Assembly (NCBI GenBank): GCA_035463475.1 | Contig: DATHTE010000014.1 | Span: forward strand, 2,750-66,749 | DNA from: Vicinamibacterales bacterium | Lineage (GTDB): Bacteria > Acidobacteriota > Vicinamibacteria > Vicinamibacterales > 2-12-FULL-66-21 | Length of the DNA stretch: 64,000 bases | Reading direction: 5' to 3' | Shown: positions 1 through 7,999 of the stretch, piece by piece | Position numbering within the stretch: the stretch's first letter is position 1 | How the letters are laid out: the number at the start of each line of letters is the position of its first letter | Notes under the pieces: model-generated | The model's input: only the letters and a program-made list of their open reading frames with translations | What the model was told of the DNA's origin: nothing | The model's database searches: none | Made by a program: the position numbers and the translations under genes

Positions 1-384
1 GCCCAGGACCGCGATGGCGGCCTTCATCTGCGTTGGCCTCCACCGCGGGAGGGCCTTCGGCGCGGGAACCTCCGTCGCAACCGGGGCCATGAACTTGTAT
101 CCGCGCTGTGGCAGCGTTTGGACATACCGTGGAGTGCGCGCGTCATCTTCGAGAGCGATCCGTATTTGGCGAATGCAGTAGTTGAGGCCCTGGTCGAAGT
201 TGACCCACGAGTCCCGCCAGATTGCCGCGCGAAGTTCGTCGCGCCTCACGATTTCTCCCGCACGTGCGGTGAGTAACGCGAGGACGCGTGCAGGCTGCGA
301 TTGCAGCCGCACCTGCGCGAGGCCCCGCCGGAGTTGCCCCGAAACAGGGTCGAACGTGAACGGGCCAAAAGACACGGCAGTCAT
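1..384 (-). CDS. Winged-helix (OmpR/PhoB-type, CadC-like) DNA-binding regulator, N-terminal part; gene runs off the left edge
   Basis: Not in the ORF track because there is no stop in the window. A reverse-strand ATG at 384..382 opens MTAVSFGPFTFDPVSGQLRRG..LQSQPARVLALLTARAGEIVRRDELRAAIWRDSWVNFDQGLNYCIRQIRIALEDDARTPRYVQTLPQRGYKF. This is the typical trans_reg_C pattern. The frame stays open to nt 1. Confidence 0.65.
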   Translation of the reverse strand, partial: MTAVSFGPFTFDPVSGQLRRGLAQVRLQSQPARVLALLTARAGEIVRRDELRAAIWRDSWVNFDQGLNYCIRQIRIALEDDARTPRYVQTLPQRGYKFMAPVATEVPAPKALPRWRPTQMKAAIAVLG

Positions 385-610
385 AGCGACACAGACGGAC
401 GGCGTCGCAGGATGGTTCCGCTGGCCTGGTTTCCACACTTGGCTGGTTCAAACGGCAGGGTCGCGGATATCAGACGCGGATGAACCAGGTGCTGAGGCGG
501 TACATGGACGTCGTCGGCGGGCGAGGTCCCCAACGGACCGGCGCACGGCGAGGCGCTTCGGCGCGCAGGCGGGCGTCCGGGCGGGCGAGAGGAAGCTAGC
601 GAACAGCGGC

Positions 611-1051
611 TCACCCCGCGGCGGCCGCGCCTTCGTGACGAATCCACGTCCATCCCGGTCGTGTCAAACGGCTGTAAGCACCGATGACGTTCAGGGGAAC
701 GCATACTTCAGCAACGCGACGGCAGTACCACCCACCAAAGCCCTGGCCGCCGAAGGAGGAGACGATCACGATTTGGGTTGACTCGGATGTGCTCGGGTGG
801 TGCACTGTCAGCGCAATGGGATGATCGGAACCGCGGCGCGAGGCGGATTCCAGGAGCCAGCGCCCCGTGAAGTCTGTGCCTTCCTGCGCCAGTCCTGTGC
901 CAACCAGCACAAACCCGATCAACCCGGCTGCAATGCTTCGAGCTAAGAGAGTGCTCACGACACCTCTGGCGCCGGACTCGATTCGACGGTCTAACGGCCG
1001 CGGCTCACCCGCGGCGGCCGTATCTTTCTTCGCGAATCCGCTCGTTCTCAC
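611..1051 (-). CDS. Hypothetical small secreted protein (start uncertain)
   Basis: ORF with a hydrophobic signal-like segment, VVSTLLARSIAAGLIGFVLVGTGLAQEG. I recognise no family. It is flanked by a ~40-bp direct repeat. Confidence 0.3.
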   Translation of the reverse strand: MRTSGFAKKDTAAAGEPRPLDRRIESGARGVVSTLLARSIAAGLIGFVLVGTGLAQEGTDFTGRWLLESASRRGSDHPIALTVHHPSTSESTQIVIVSSFGGQGFGGWYCRRVAEVCVPLNVIGAYSRLTRPGWTWIRHEGAAAAG

Positions 1052-1129
1052 AATGGCCGCCGTCGGGTGCAGCCGCTCTTAGCCGGCCCGCCAACCGGCA
1101 GCCGTGAGCTTCCTAAGGTCCTTGAAATA

Positions 1130-1312
1130 CTACGTGTTCGGATCGAGCTCCGCCGGCGTGTCTCCTCGCTTAGTCAGCTCGTAGATATGCTCCGCCAATA
1201 CTGAGCCGATCGCGTGGACAGCGTCGTGCCGATTGAGCCCCTCCCGTTGGAGCCGTTCGAAAGTCTCAACAACGACAGGTTCCGCCGACGCGAAGCCGCG
1301 TGGCTCAGCGCA
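1130..1312 (-). pseudogene. Possible C-terminal remnant of a DUF1841-like gene
   Basis: The reverse frame reads ..EPVVVETFERLQREGLNRHDAVHAIGSVLAEHIYELTKRGDTPAELDPNT*, which looks protein-like. It is preceded by an in-frame TGA (1313..1315) and an implausible Arg-rich 22-codon leader. It lies next to a tRNA gene. Confidence 0.3.
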
Positions 1313-1565
1313 TCAGCTATGGGGATTGTAGCGCGGCCGGAGCAAGCGACGCGCTTGGCGGGGTGCAGGGGTCCCCCCCATTCAAGCAATGACGCGCCAC
1401 GAATTGTCAGTCACTTGTCCGTCAGCGCAGAGCTCTACTCAAAGCTGATTCCAAAACGACTGATTCTCCTTGAGACAGTGCCGCGCCCTGCCCGCCTTCG
1501 TTCATGGATCAAGCGAGCTTCGGCGCGCCTGGGCCTGTCGGTATGGGATCTGACGACGAGGTGGA

Positions 1566-1642
1566 TGGCGCGCCCTGCAAGACTCGAACTTGCGACCTCC
1601 TGGTTCGTAGCCAGACGCTCTATCCAACTGAGCTAAGGGCGC
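1566..1642 (-). tRNA. tRNA-Arg (anticodon ACG), CCA encoded
   Basis: The reverse complement is GCGCCCTTAGCTCAGTTGGATAGAGCGTCTGGCTACGAACCAGGAGGTCGCAAGTTCGAGTCTTGCAGGGCGCGCCA. It folds as a 7-bp acceptor stem, GCTC/GAGC D-stem, anticodon loop CUACGAA, T-arm GCAAG-TTCGAGT-CTTGC and a 3' CCA. Confidence 0.95.
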
Positions 1643-1788
1643 GCGGGCAGACACAGTCGGCCGGGTGGCCCCGGCCGCAAACAGTAATTATACCAAGAAG
1701 CAGCGACCCGCAGGCCGGGTCAGATACCAGAGGCTAGTTGCCAAGACGAGAACGCATCTCCTCACAGCGTGGGAACGCGTGTCAGCAT

Positions 1789-1857
1789 CCCTGACCCCTG
1801 AAGCCTGACCTGAACCTAACCTCTAGACCCCTCTAGACCCTGAACCCTGTGAACCCG
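1789..1857. repeat. Degenerate CCTGAAC/CCTGACC heptamer tract (same family as 23356..23380 and 24322..24492)
   Basis: The sequence is ccctgacccctgaagcctgacctgaacctaacctctagacccctctagaccctgaaccctgtgaaccc. It lies in the gap between the tRNA and the GH3 gene. Confidence 0.6.
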
Positions 1858-1868
1858 GTCGCAGTCCG

Positions 1869-3707
1869 TTACCGCAGCAGTCCGTGGCCCACGGGGAACA
1901 GCTCCGGCAGCGCGATCGGCAGCCGCCCCCCGATCGGCGCGTCGCCGGCGAGCGCGCGCACAGCCGATGCCTCCGCCAGGTCGTAGAAGTCGTACGTCAG
2001 CAACACGGCGGGCAGCTCCTTGAGAAAGAGCGCGGTGTAAGGGTTGCCGAACATGACGGTGACGAACGGCCGCCCCGAGCGCTCCGACGACCGCGCGATG
2101 TCGCCGAGCAGCCGGACGACGGGTTGCGCGAGATCCATCCGGCCGGAGGCGGAGGCGGCGCGCACAAAGGTCGAAGCGATGACCGCGTCGAACCGAGGCG
2201 CCATCGCGCGCACCAGCTCCAGCTCCGCCGGCGTCGTCCGATCCGACAGCTCGATCGCGGTCACGTCCGGCCAGTGGTTGCGCAGCTCCGGGATGAACGT
2301 CCGGCTCGGCGCGGCGATGCGCCAGCCGGTGGGATAGTCGAGCGCCGAGAGGTACAGGATCGCCGCGTCTTTCGGCAGCCGCAGCGGCACGTGGTTGCGA
2401 TCGTCCTTCAGCAGCGTGATCGATCGCTGGCTGACCTCGCGCGCCACGGCCTGGTGCGCGCGCGCGCCGAGCGTCGTCGCGAGCGAGTCCAGGCTGACCG
2501 CCTTGTTCTTGTGCAGCCCGGCGCGCGCCTTCGCTTCGAGGATCCGCTTCACTGACGCGTCGATCTGCGCGACCGCAACCTGTCCCGTCTCCACCGCGGA
2601 CGTGATCCCCAGGATCGCCTGCTCGTCATCCGGCGAATGAAGGACGATGTCGTTGCCCGCCTTGACGGCGCGCGCCGCCGCCTCCGCGGGGGAATACAGC
2701 TTGGTCACCCCCGCCATTCCCATGGAGTCGGTGTAGATCAGCCCGTCGAAACCGAGCTGCTCGCGAAGCAGCGCCGTGACGATCGGCCGGCTGAGCGTGC
2801 CCGGCGTCCGCGGCGTGGGATCGAACGCGGGCACTTCGATGTGCGCGCTCATCACCGCCCCGCTGCCTGCGGCAATCACCGCGCGGAACGGCCGCAGCTC
2901 GAGCCGTTCGAGCTGCTCCCGGGGCTTCTGGATCACCGGCAGGCCGAGATGCGAGTCCACGTCCGTGTCCCCGTGCCCCGGGAAGTGCTTCAGGGTCGCG
3001 AGGACGCCGGCCGACTGAAGCCCCCTCACGTACGCGGAGGCGAGCTCGGCGACACGATCCGGATCCTCGCCGAACGACCGCGTGTTGATCACCGGGTTTC
3101 GCGGGTTGTTGTTGACGTCCACCACCGGCGCGAAGTTGACGTGCACGCCGATCGCGCGCGCCTCGACCGCCGTGATCCGCCCCGCCTCGTGCGCGAGCTT
3201 CTCGTCGCCGGCGGCGCCGAACGCCATCGCGCGCGGAAACGCCGTCGCGCCGGAGATCCGGAAGCCGACCCCCGCCTCGAAGTCCGCCGTGTTCAGCAGC
3301 GGCACGGGCGAAATCGCCTGCAGCCGGTTCAGCAGCGAAGCGGCCTCGAGCGGCTGCCCGAGGATGACGCTCCCGTAGGTGGGGTTGAGCAAGACGGAGG
3401 GCACCGGCTCTGATCCGCCGAAAACGTGGAAGCCGCCGACGCGGTGCGTCGAAACCAGCCGCGCCAGCCGGTCGTATTCGTCGCTGTCGCTCGGGACGAA
3501 CGTGGACTGGAAGGACGGGACCACCATCTGGCCGATCTTCTCGTCCAGCGTCATCTTCTTGAGCGTGGCATCCACCCATCTCCGGGCCTCGCGATCGAGC
3601 TGGGGCGGACCGGAGGAAGAGGATGAGGGTGCTGGCGACGATTGAGCTGCCAGGAGCGCGACGGACGCGATGATCGCGAGGATCGCGGTATGAATGCGTG
3701 CCGGCAT
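1869..3707 (-). CDS. Glycoside hydrolase family 3 beta-N-acetylhexosaminidase (NagZ-like), secreted
   Basis: 612-aa ORF with an N-terminal signal peptide. It shows the GH3 N-domain motifs KIGQMVVPSF, NPRNPVINTRSFGEDP and KHFPGHGDTDVDSH. Confidence 0.85.
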   Translation of the reverse strand: MPARIHTAILAIIASVALLAAQSSPAPSSSSSGPPQLDREARRWVDATLKKMTLDEKIGQMVVPSFQSTFVPSDSDEYDRLARLVSTHRVGGFHVFGGSEPVPSVLLNPTYGSVILGQPLEAASLLNRLQAISPVPLLNTADFEAGVGFRISGATAFPRAMAFGAAGDEKLAHEAGRITAVEARAIGVHVNFAPVVDVNNNPRNPVINTRSFGEDPDRVAELASAYVRGLQSAGVLATLKHFPGHGDTDVDSHLGLPVIQKPREQLERLELRPFRAVIAAGSGAVMSAHIEVPAFDPTPRTPGTLSRPIVTALLREQLGFDGLIYTDSMGMAGVTKLYSPAEAAARAVKAGNDIVLHSPDDEQAILGITSAVETGQVAVAQIDASVKRILEAKARAGLHKNKAVSLDSLATTLGARAHQAVAREVSQRSITLLKDDRNHVPLRLPKDAAILYLSALDYPTGWRIAAPSRTFIPELRNHWPDVTAIELSDRTTPAELELVRAMAPRFDAVIASTFVRAASASGRMDLAQPVVRLLGDIARSSERSGRPFVTVMFGNPYTALFLKELPAVLLTYDFYDLAEASAVRALAGDAPIGGRLPIALPELFPVGHGLLR

Positions 3708-3776
3708 GCCGCGATCGTAGCAGAACCGCTCGGGAGACCATTGCTCCCGGCGGTGTTCTACGGTTTAATCCCTCGA

Positions 3777-4280
3777 ATGAGCGTCGAGGAGCACAAGCGC
3801 TCGGCCCCCGTCAGCGTGCGCGCGTTCGTGCTGACGGTGAGCGATACGCGGGACGAGCGAACGGATACCAGCGGCGCGGCCATCGTCCGGCTGCTCGAAC
3901 AGGCCGGCCACACCGTCGTCGGCCGGCAGATTGCGCGTGATGACCCGGCCGATGTTCAGCGGATTGTCCGTCACCAGCTCGCGGAGCCCGACGCGCAGAT
4001 CCTCATCACGACCGGCGGCACCGGCATCGCGTCACGCGATACGACGTACGAAGCGCTGGCGGCACTCCTGCAGAAGCGGATCGATGGCTTCGGTGAACTC
4101 TTCCGCATGCTGAGTTACGACGAGATCGGATCGGCGGCGATGCTGAGCCGCGCGTGCGCCGGCGTGGCCGGCGGCAAGATTCTGTTCGTGCTGCCCGGGT
4201 CCGAGCATGCCGTGCAACTCGCGCTCACCAAGTTGATCCTGCCCGAGCTCGGGCACCTGCTGCGCGAGGTTTCGCGATGA
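3777..4280 (+). CDS. moaB: Molybdenum cofactor biosynthesis protein B (MoaB/MogA family)
   Basis: MSVEEHK..VLTVSDTRDERTDTSG..ILITTGGTGIASRDTTYEA..LPGSEHAV matches the MoCF_biosynth domain. I chose the internal ATG at 3777. The stop overlaps the moeA start (ATGA). Confidence 0.8.
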   Translation: MSVEEHKRSAPVSVRAFVLTVSDTRDERTDTSGAAIVRLLEQAGHTVVGRQIARDDPADVQRIVRHQLAEPDAQILITTGGTGIASRDTTYEALAALLQKRIDGFGELFRMLSYDEIGSAAMLSRACAGVAGGKILFVLPGSEHAVQLALTKLILPELGHLLREVSR

Positions 4281-5518
4281 CCTCTGTCCCTCACGGCAGC
4301 ATGCGCCCGATCCGCGACACCGTGCCACTCGAGGAAGCGCTCGCCCTGGCGCTCGCTGCCGCCGCCCCGGTGACGCGCATCGAAGCGGTGCCGCTCGACC
4401 AGTCCGATGGCCGCGTGCTGGCGCGGGACCTGATGGCGCCGATCGACGTCCCCTCCTTCGACCGGGCCGCGATGGACGGCTTCGCGGTCGTCGCGGAGGA
4501 CACGTTTGGCGCCGGCCGGTTCGAGCCGAAGGTGCTGCGGTGCGTGGAGAAGGTGTTCACGGGCCAGGTCGCGGCGCGGCGGGTCACCCGCGGCGAGTGC
4601 ATCGAGATAGCCACCGGCGCCCCGATGCCCGCGGGCGCCGACGCCGTGGTGATGGTGGAGGAGACGGAGCGCTCCGGAGTAGACGTGCGCGTGCTCACGC
4701 CCGTGTACCCCGGCCAGAACGTCGGGCGCCGCGCGGCCGATATCAAGCGAGGGCACCTGGTCCTCCGCGCCGGCACCGTGCTGAACCCGGGCGGCGTCGG
4801 CGCCGCCGCGGCGGTGGGCCTCGCCGCGATCGAGGTCTTCGCGCGTCCCAGCGTTGCGCTGCTCTCTACCGGCAACGAGATCGTCGAGCCGGGCGCGCCG
4901 CTCGCGCTGGGACAGATCTACGACATCAACCGATTCACGCTCGCGGCGATTGTGCGGCGGCATGGCGGCGAGCCGGTGGCTCAACCGCTCGCGTCCGATG
5001 CGGTGCCGGACCTGAATGCCGCCATCGATGCGGCGCTGGACTCGGACCTGATCGTGTTCTCCGGCGGCAGCTCCGTCGGCGAGCGCGATCTGATCCTCGA
5101 CGTGTTGCGCGCGCGCGGAGAAGTGGTGTTCCACGGGATCGCCGTCAAACCCGGAAAGCCCACCGTCTTCGGCCGAATCGCGACGCCGCGCGGAGACACG
5201 CCGGTCCTCGGCATGCCGGGGAACCCGACCTCCTGTCTGTCGAACGCGTACATGCTGCTCGTCCCGATGCTGCGACGCATGGCGCAGTTGCCGCCGCACG
5301 ATCCGCAAACGGTGCGCCTGCCTCTGGCGCGACGCATCGTGTCCACGACCGGGCGCCACCAGTTCTACACCGTGCGTATCGCCGACGGCGCGGCGCACCC
5401 GGCGTTCAAGGCGTCAGGAGACATCACCAGCATGGCGGACGCCGACGGCTACATCGAGATTCCCGCGCAGACCGACCTCGTCGAGGCGGGCGAAATCGTG
5501 ACCGTGAAGCTGTTTTGA
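4277..5518 (+). CDS. moeA: Molybdopterin molybdenumtransferase MoeA
   Basis: ~413 aa with the MoeA N, MoCF and C-domain pattern (DVPSFDRAAMDGFAV, SGGSSVGERD, GMPGNPTS). It is translationally coupled to moaB. Confidence 0.9.
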   Translation: MTSVPHGSMRPIRDTVPLEEALALALAAAAPVTRIEAVPLDQSDGRVLARDLMAPIDVPSFDRAAMDGFAVVAEDTFGAGRFEPKVLRCVEKVFTGQVAARRVTRGECIEIATGAPMPAGADAVVMVEETERSGVDVRVLTPVYPGQNVGRRAADIKRGHLVLRAGTVLNPGGVGAAAAVGLAAIEVFARPSVALLSTGNEIVEPGAPLALGQIYDINRFTLAAIVRRHGGEPVAQPLASDAVPDLNAAIDAALDSDLIVFSGGSSVGERDLILDVLRARGEVVFHGIAVKPGKPTVFGRIATPRGDTPVLGMPGNPTSCLSNAYMLLVPMLRRMAQLPPHDPQTVRLPLARRIVSTTGRHQFYTVRIADGAAHPAFKASGDITSMADADGYIEIPAQTDLVEAGEIVTVKLF

Positions 5519-5557
5519 CGAGCTGGGGTCAGGTCTGAAACACCCGTCTTATGGTGC

Positions 5558-6121
5558 ATGAACGGACATCGTTCTGACGCGATGTCCTCTAGAGTCGCAA
5601 AGATGGCCGATTCGAGACCTGACCCCAAGGCGGCGCCCAAGGCGCCGCCGTTCGCTCTCCCGGACACGCGCGGCATCGTGCACACGCTCGAGGAGTTCCT
5701 GAGGCGCGGCCCGCTGCTGCTCGCCTTTCACCGAGGCACCTGGTGACCGAACTGCCGCCGCCGGTTCGGCGAGCTCGCGCAGAACAGTACGCAATATCTC
5801 GAACGCGGCTATGCCACGGTCGCCATCGTCGCGCAGAAATCAGAGGCCGTGCAGCGTTACCTGGAATCGACCCGGCTGCCGTTCCGCGTGCTCGTAGATG
5901 CGGACCGGGACGTCGCGAAGGCGTACGGCGTCTGGCACCGGATCGGCTTCGACGCGTGGAACATCGCGCGCCCGGCGCTGTTCCTGATCGCTCCCGACGG
6001 CTCGATTGAAAAGAAGTTCGTGGCCCGGAGGCAGGACGAGTTTCCGAGCCACGAGGAGATCCTGGACTGGATAGAGAAGGAACGGGGTCAGACCCCATTA
6101 CGGATTCGTCATGGGGACTGA
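5558..6121 (+). CDS. PRX_like2/AhpC-TSA family thiol peroxidase-like protein with in-frame UGA (candidate selenocysteine) at 5744..5746
   Basis: Track ORFs 5558..5746 and 5849..6121 share a frame (offset 291 = 97x3). The only interruption between them is the TGA. Read-through gives LLLAFHRGTW-[UGA]-PNCRRRFGEL..VAIVAQKSEAVQRYLESTRLPFRVLVDADRDVAKAYGV..ALFLIAPDG. The start may instead be the ATG at 5603. Confidence 0.7.
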
Positions 6122-6127
6122 CCCCAT
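6081..6127. repeat. REP-like twin hairpin (GGGGTCAGACCCC / ATGGGGACTGACCCCAT)
   Basis: The sequence is aacggggtcagaccccatt-N11-atggggactgaccccat. It covers the last 13 codons and the stop of the Prx-like gene, in the convergent gap with the SOD gene. Confidence 0.7.
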
Positions 6128-6144
6128 TCACGTCTCACCTGCGC

Positions 6145-6747
6145 CTACCTCCCGAACCGCTTGCTGACCGCGTCCCAGTTGACCACGTTCCACCACGCAG
6201 CGCAGTAGTCGGCCCGGCGGTTCTGGTACTTCAGGTAGTACGCGTGTTCCCACACGTCCAGGCCCATGATGGGCCTGCGTCCCTCCATCATCGGATTGTC
6301 CTGGTTCGCCGTGCTCTCGATCGACAGCTTGCCGCCCGAGTCCACCAGCCACGCCCACCCGCTGCCGAACCGCGCGAGCGCTGCCTTGTTGAACTGGTCC
6401 TTGAACGCGTCGAAGCTGCCGAACGTGGACGCGATCGCATCCGCGAGCGCGCCCTTCGGAGCGCCGCCGGCCTTCGGCCCCATGATCTCCCAGAACATCG
6501 TGTGGTTGGCGTGGCCGCCGCCGTTGTTGCGCACCGCCGTCCTGATGTCCTCCGGCACCGAGTTGATGCCGCGCAGCAGCTCGTCGATCGCCTTTCCCTG
6601 GAACTGCGGATGCTTCTCGAGCGCCGCGTTGAGGTTGGTCACGTACGTGCCGTGGTGCTTGTCGTGGTGGATCCGCATCGTCTGTTCGTCGATGTGCGGC
6701 TCGAGGGCGTTGGGGGCGTACGGAAGTGGAGGCAACTCAAACGCCAA
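6145..6747 (-). CDS. Fe/Mn-family superoxide dismutase
   Basis: The [31 protein letters not shown] and DVWEHAYYL signatures are present. I chose the TTG start at 6747..6745, which is preceded by AAAGGAG with an 8-nt spacer. The longer track ORF has an implausible N-terminus. Confidence 0.9.
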   Translation of the reverse strand: MAFELPPLPYAPNALEPHIDEQTMRIHHDKHHGTYVTNLNAALEKHPQFQGKAIDELLRGINSVPEDIRTAVRNNGGGHANHTMFWEIMGPKAGGAPKGALADAIASTFGSFDAFKDQFNKAALARFGSGWAWLVDSGGKLSIESTANQDNPMMEGRRPIMGLDVWEHAYYLKYQNRRADYCAAWWNVVNWDAVSKRFGR

Positions 6748-6769
6748 TGCAGGGGCTCCTTTCGCTACG

Positions 6770-6787
6770 GCAGGGCTGAAGCCCTGC
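6770..6787. terminator. GC hairpin GCAGGGC-TGAA-GCCCTGC between nadA 3' end and the SOD start
   Basis: Perfect 7-bp stem with a tetraloop and no U-tract. It could be the nadA terminator or a 5'-UTR structure of the SOD gene. Confidence 0.35.
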
Positions 6788-6823
6788 GACTCACGACCGT
6801 AAAGGCAAGGCCAAGGCCCTGCG

Positions 6824-7984
6824 CTACATGCGGGGTTTGATTTCAAGCATCCGATCGAGGGCGAGCTTCGCGAGCGATCTCGTCGGCTCCGGCACGACGA
6901 TCTCGTTGTGCACCCTGCCATCGATCAGGCCTTCGAGCACCCACAGGAGGTGGTTGGGGGAAACCCGGAACATCGTCGAGCACAGACAGCCGAACGGGTC
7001 GAGCGTCTCCACCGATTTCCCGGGCGCGACCTCTCTCGCCAGACGGTGCACCAGATGGATCTCCGTTCCGACTGCCCACACCGACCCCGCAGGGCTGTCC
7101 TTCACCGCCCTGACGATGTACTCCGTGGAACCGCTTTCGTCCGCAGCCTGCACCACGTCCCACGTGCACTCCGGATGGACGATGACGCGGCCGTTCGGAT
7201 GCTTGCGGCGGAACGCCTCGACCTGCTTCACGGTGAACCGCGTGTGAACGGAGCAGTGCCCCTTCCACAGCATCAGGCGCGCCGCGGCGAGGTCTTTCGG
7301 CTCGAGACCCCCCCAGATCTCGGCCGGGTCCCACACGACCATCTGCGCGAGCGGCACCCCCATCTTGTACGCGGTGTTGCGGCCGAGGTGCTGGTCGGGA
7401 AGCATGAGCACTTTGTCGCCGCGCTCCCACGCCCACTTCATCACGTCGGCCGCGTTGGTGGACGTACAGACCACGCCACCGTGCTCGCCGCAGAACGCCT
7501 TGATGCCCGCGCTCGAGTTGATGTACGTCACGGGCACGACGCCTGCGCGATCGACTCCCATCTCCGCCAGCTCGCGCCAGCACATGTCGAGCTGATCGGG
7601 AGCGGCCATGTCGGCCATGGAACACCCGGCGGCAAGATCCGGAAGAATGACGCGCTGGGCCGGAGGGCTGAGGATATCGGCGCTCTCCGCCATGAAATGG
7701 ACGCCGCAGAAGACGATGAACTCGGCGCGCGCGCGGGTGGCGGCGGCGTGGGCGAGCTTGAGGGAGTCCCCCGTGAAGTCGGCGAACTTGATCACCTCGT
7801 CGCGCTGGTAGTGATGGCCGAGAATCACCAGCCGCGAACCGAGCTCCGCCTTGGCCGCCGCGATGCGGCGGTCCATCTCGGCATCCGAAAGGCCGAGGTA
7901 CACCGCCGGGAGCGGCTGGCGCTCCGCAATGCGTTCCTTCTCGTACTCGGTCAGCAGCGTGAGATCCATCTCGATGGCCGGCAT
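6824..7984 (-). CDS. nadA: Quinolinate synthase NadA
   Basis: 386 aa. Three-repeat NadA architecture with [23 protein letters not shown] and VIVHPEC. Confidence 0.9.
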   Translation of the reverse strand: MPAIEMDLTLLTEYEKERIAERQPLPAVYLGLSDAEMDRRIAAAKAELGSRLVILGHHYQRDEVIKFADFTGDSLKLAHAAATRARAEFIVFCGVHFMAESADILSPPAQRVILPDLAAGCSMADMAAPDQLDMCWRELAEMGVDRAGVVPVTYINSSAGIKAFCGEHGGVVCTSTNAADVMKWAWERGDKVLMLPDQHLGRNTAYKMGVPLAQMVVWDPAEIWGGLEPKDLAAARLMLWKGHCSVHTRFTVKQVEAFRRKHPNGRVIVHPECTWDVVQAADESGSTEYIVRAVKDSPAGSVWAVGTEIHLVHRLAREVAPGKSVETLDPFGCLCSTMFRVSPNHLLWVLEGLIDGRVHNEIVVPEPTRSLAKLALDRMLEIKPRM

Positions 7985-7999
7985 AGGTGGCCGGACCTT

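Noticed and set aside
1313-1315. In-frame TGA as a third selenocysteine codon
   Set aside because: It does not fall at a redox-motif position. The upstream segment is not protein-like and the downstream segment looks like a truncated C-terminal fragment. A pseudogene is the more likely reading.
3708-3776. Possible Moco riboswitch upstream of moaB
   Set aside because: The divergent gap is only 69 nt, with one small hairpin (CGGGAG-N7-CTCCCG). That is too short for the ~130-nt Moco motif, and no conserved core is seen.
4115-5398. 427-aa minus-strand ORF opposite moeA
   Set aside because: It is antisense to a well-supported moeA and has Arg/His/Asp-rich shadow composition.
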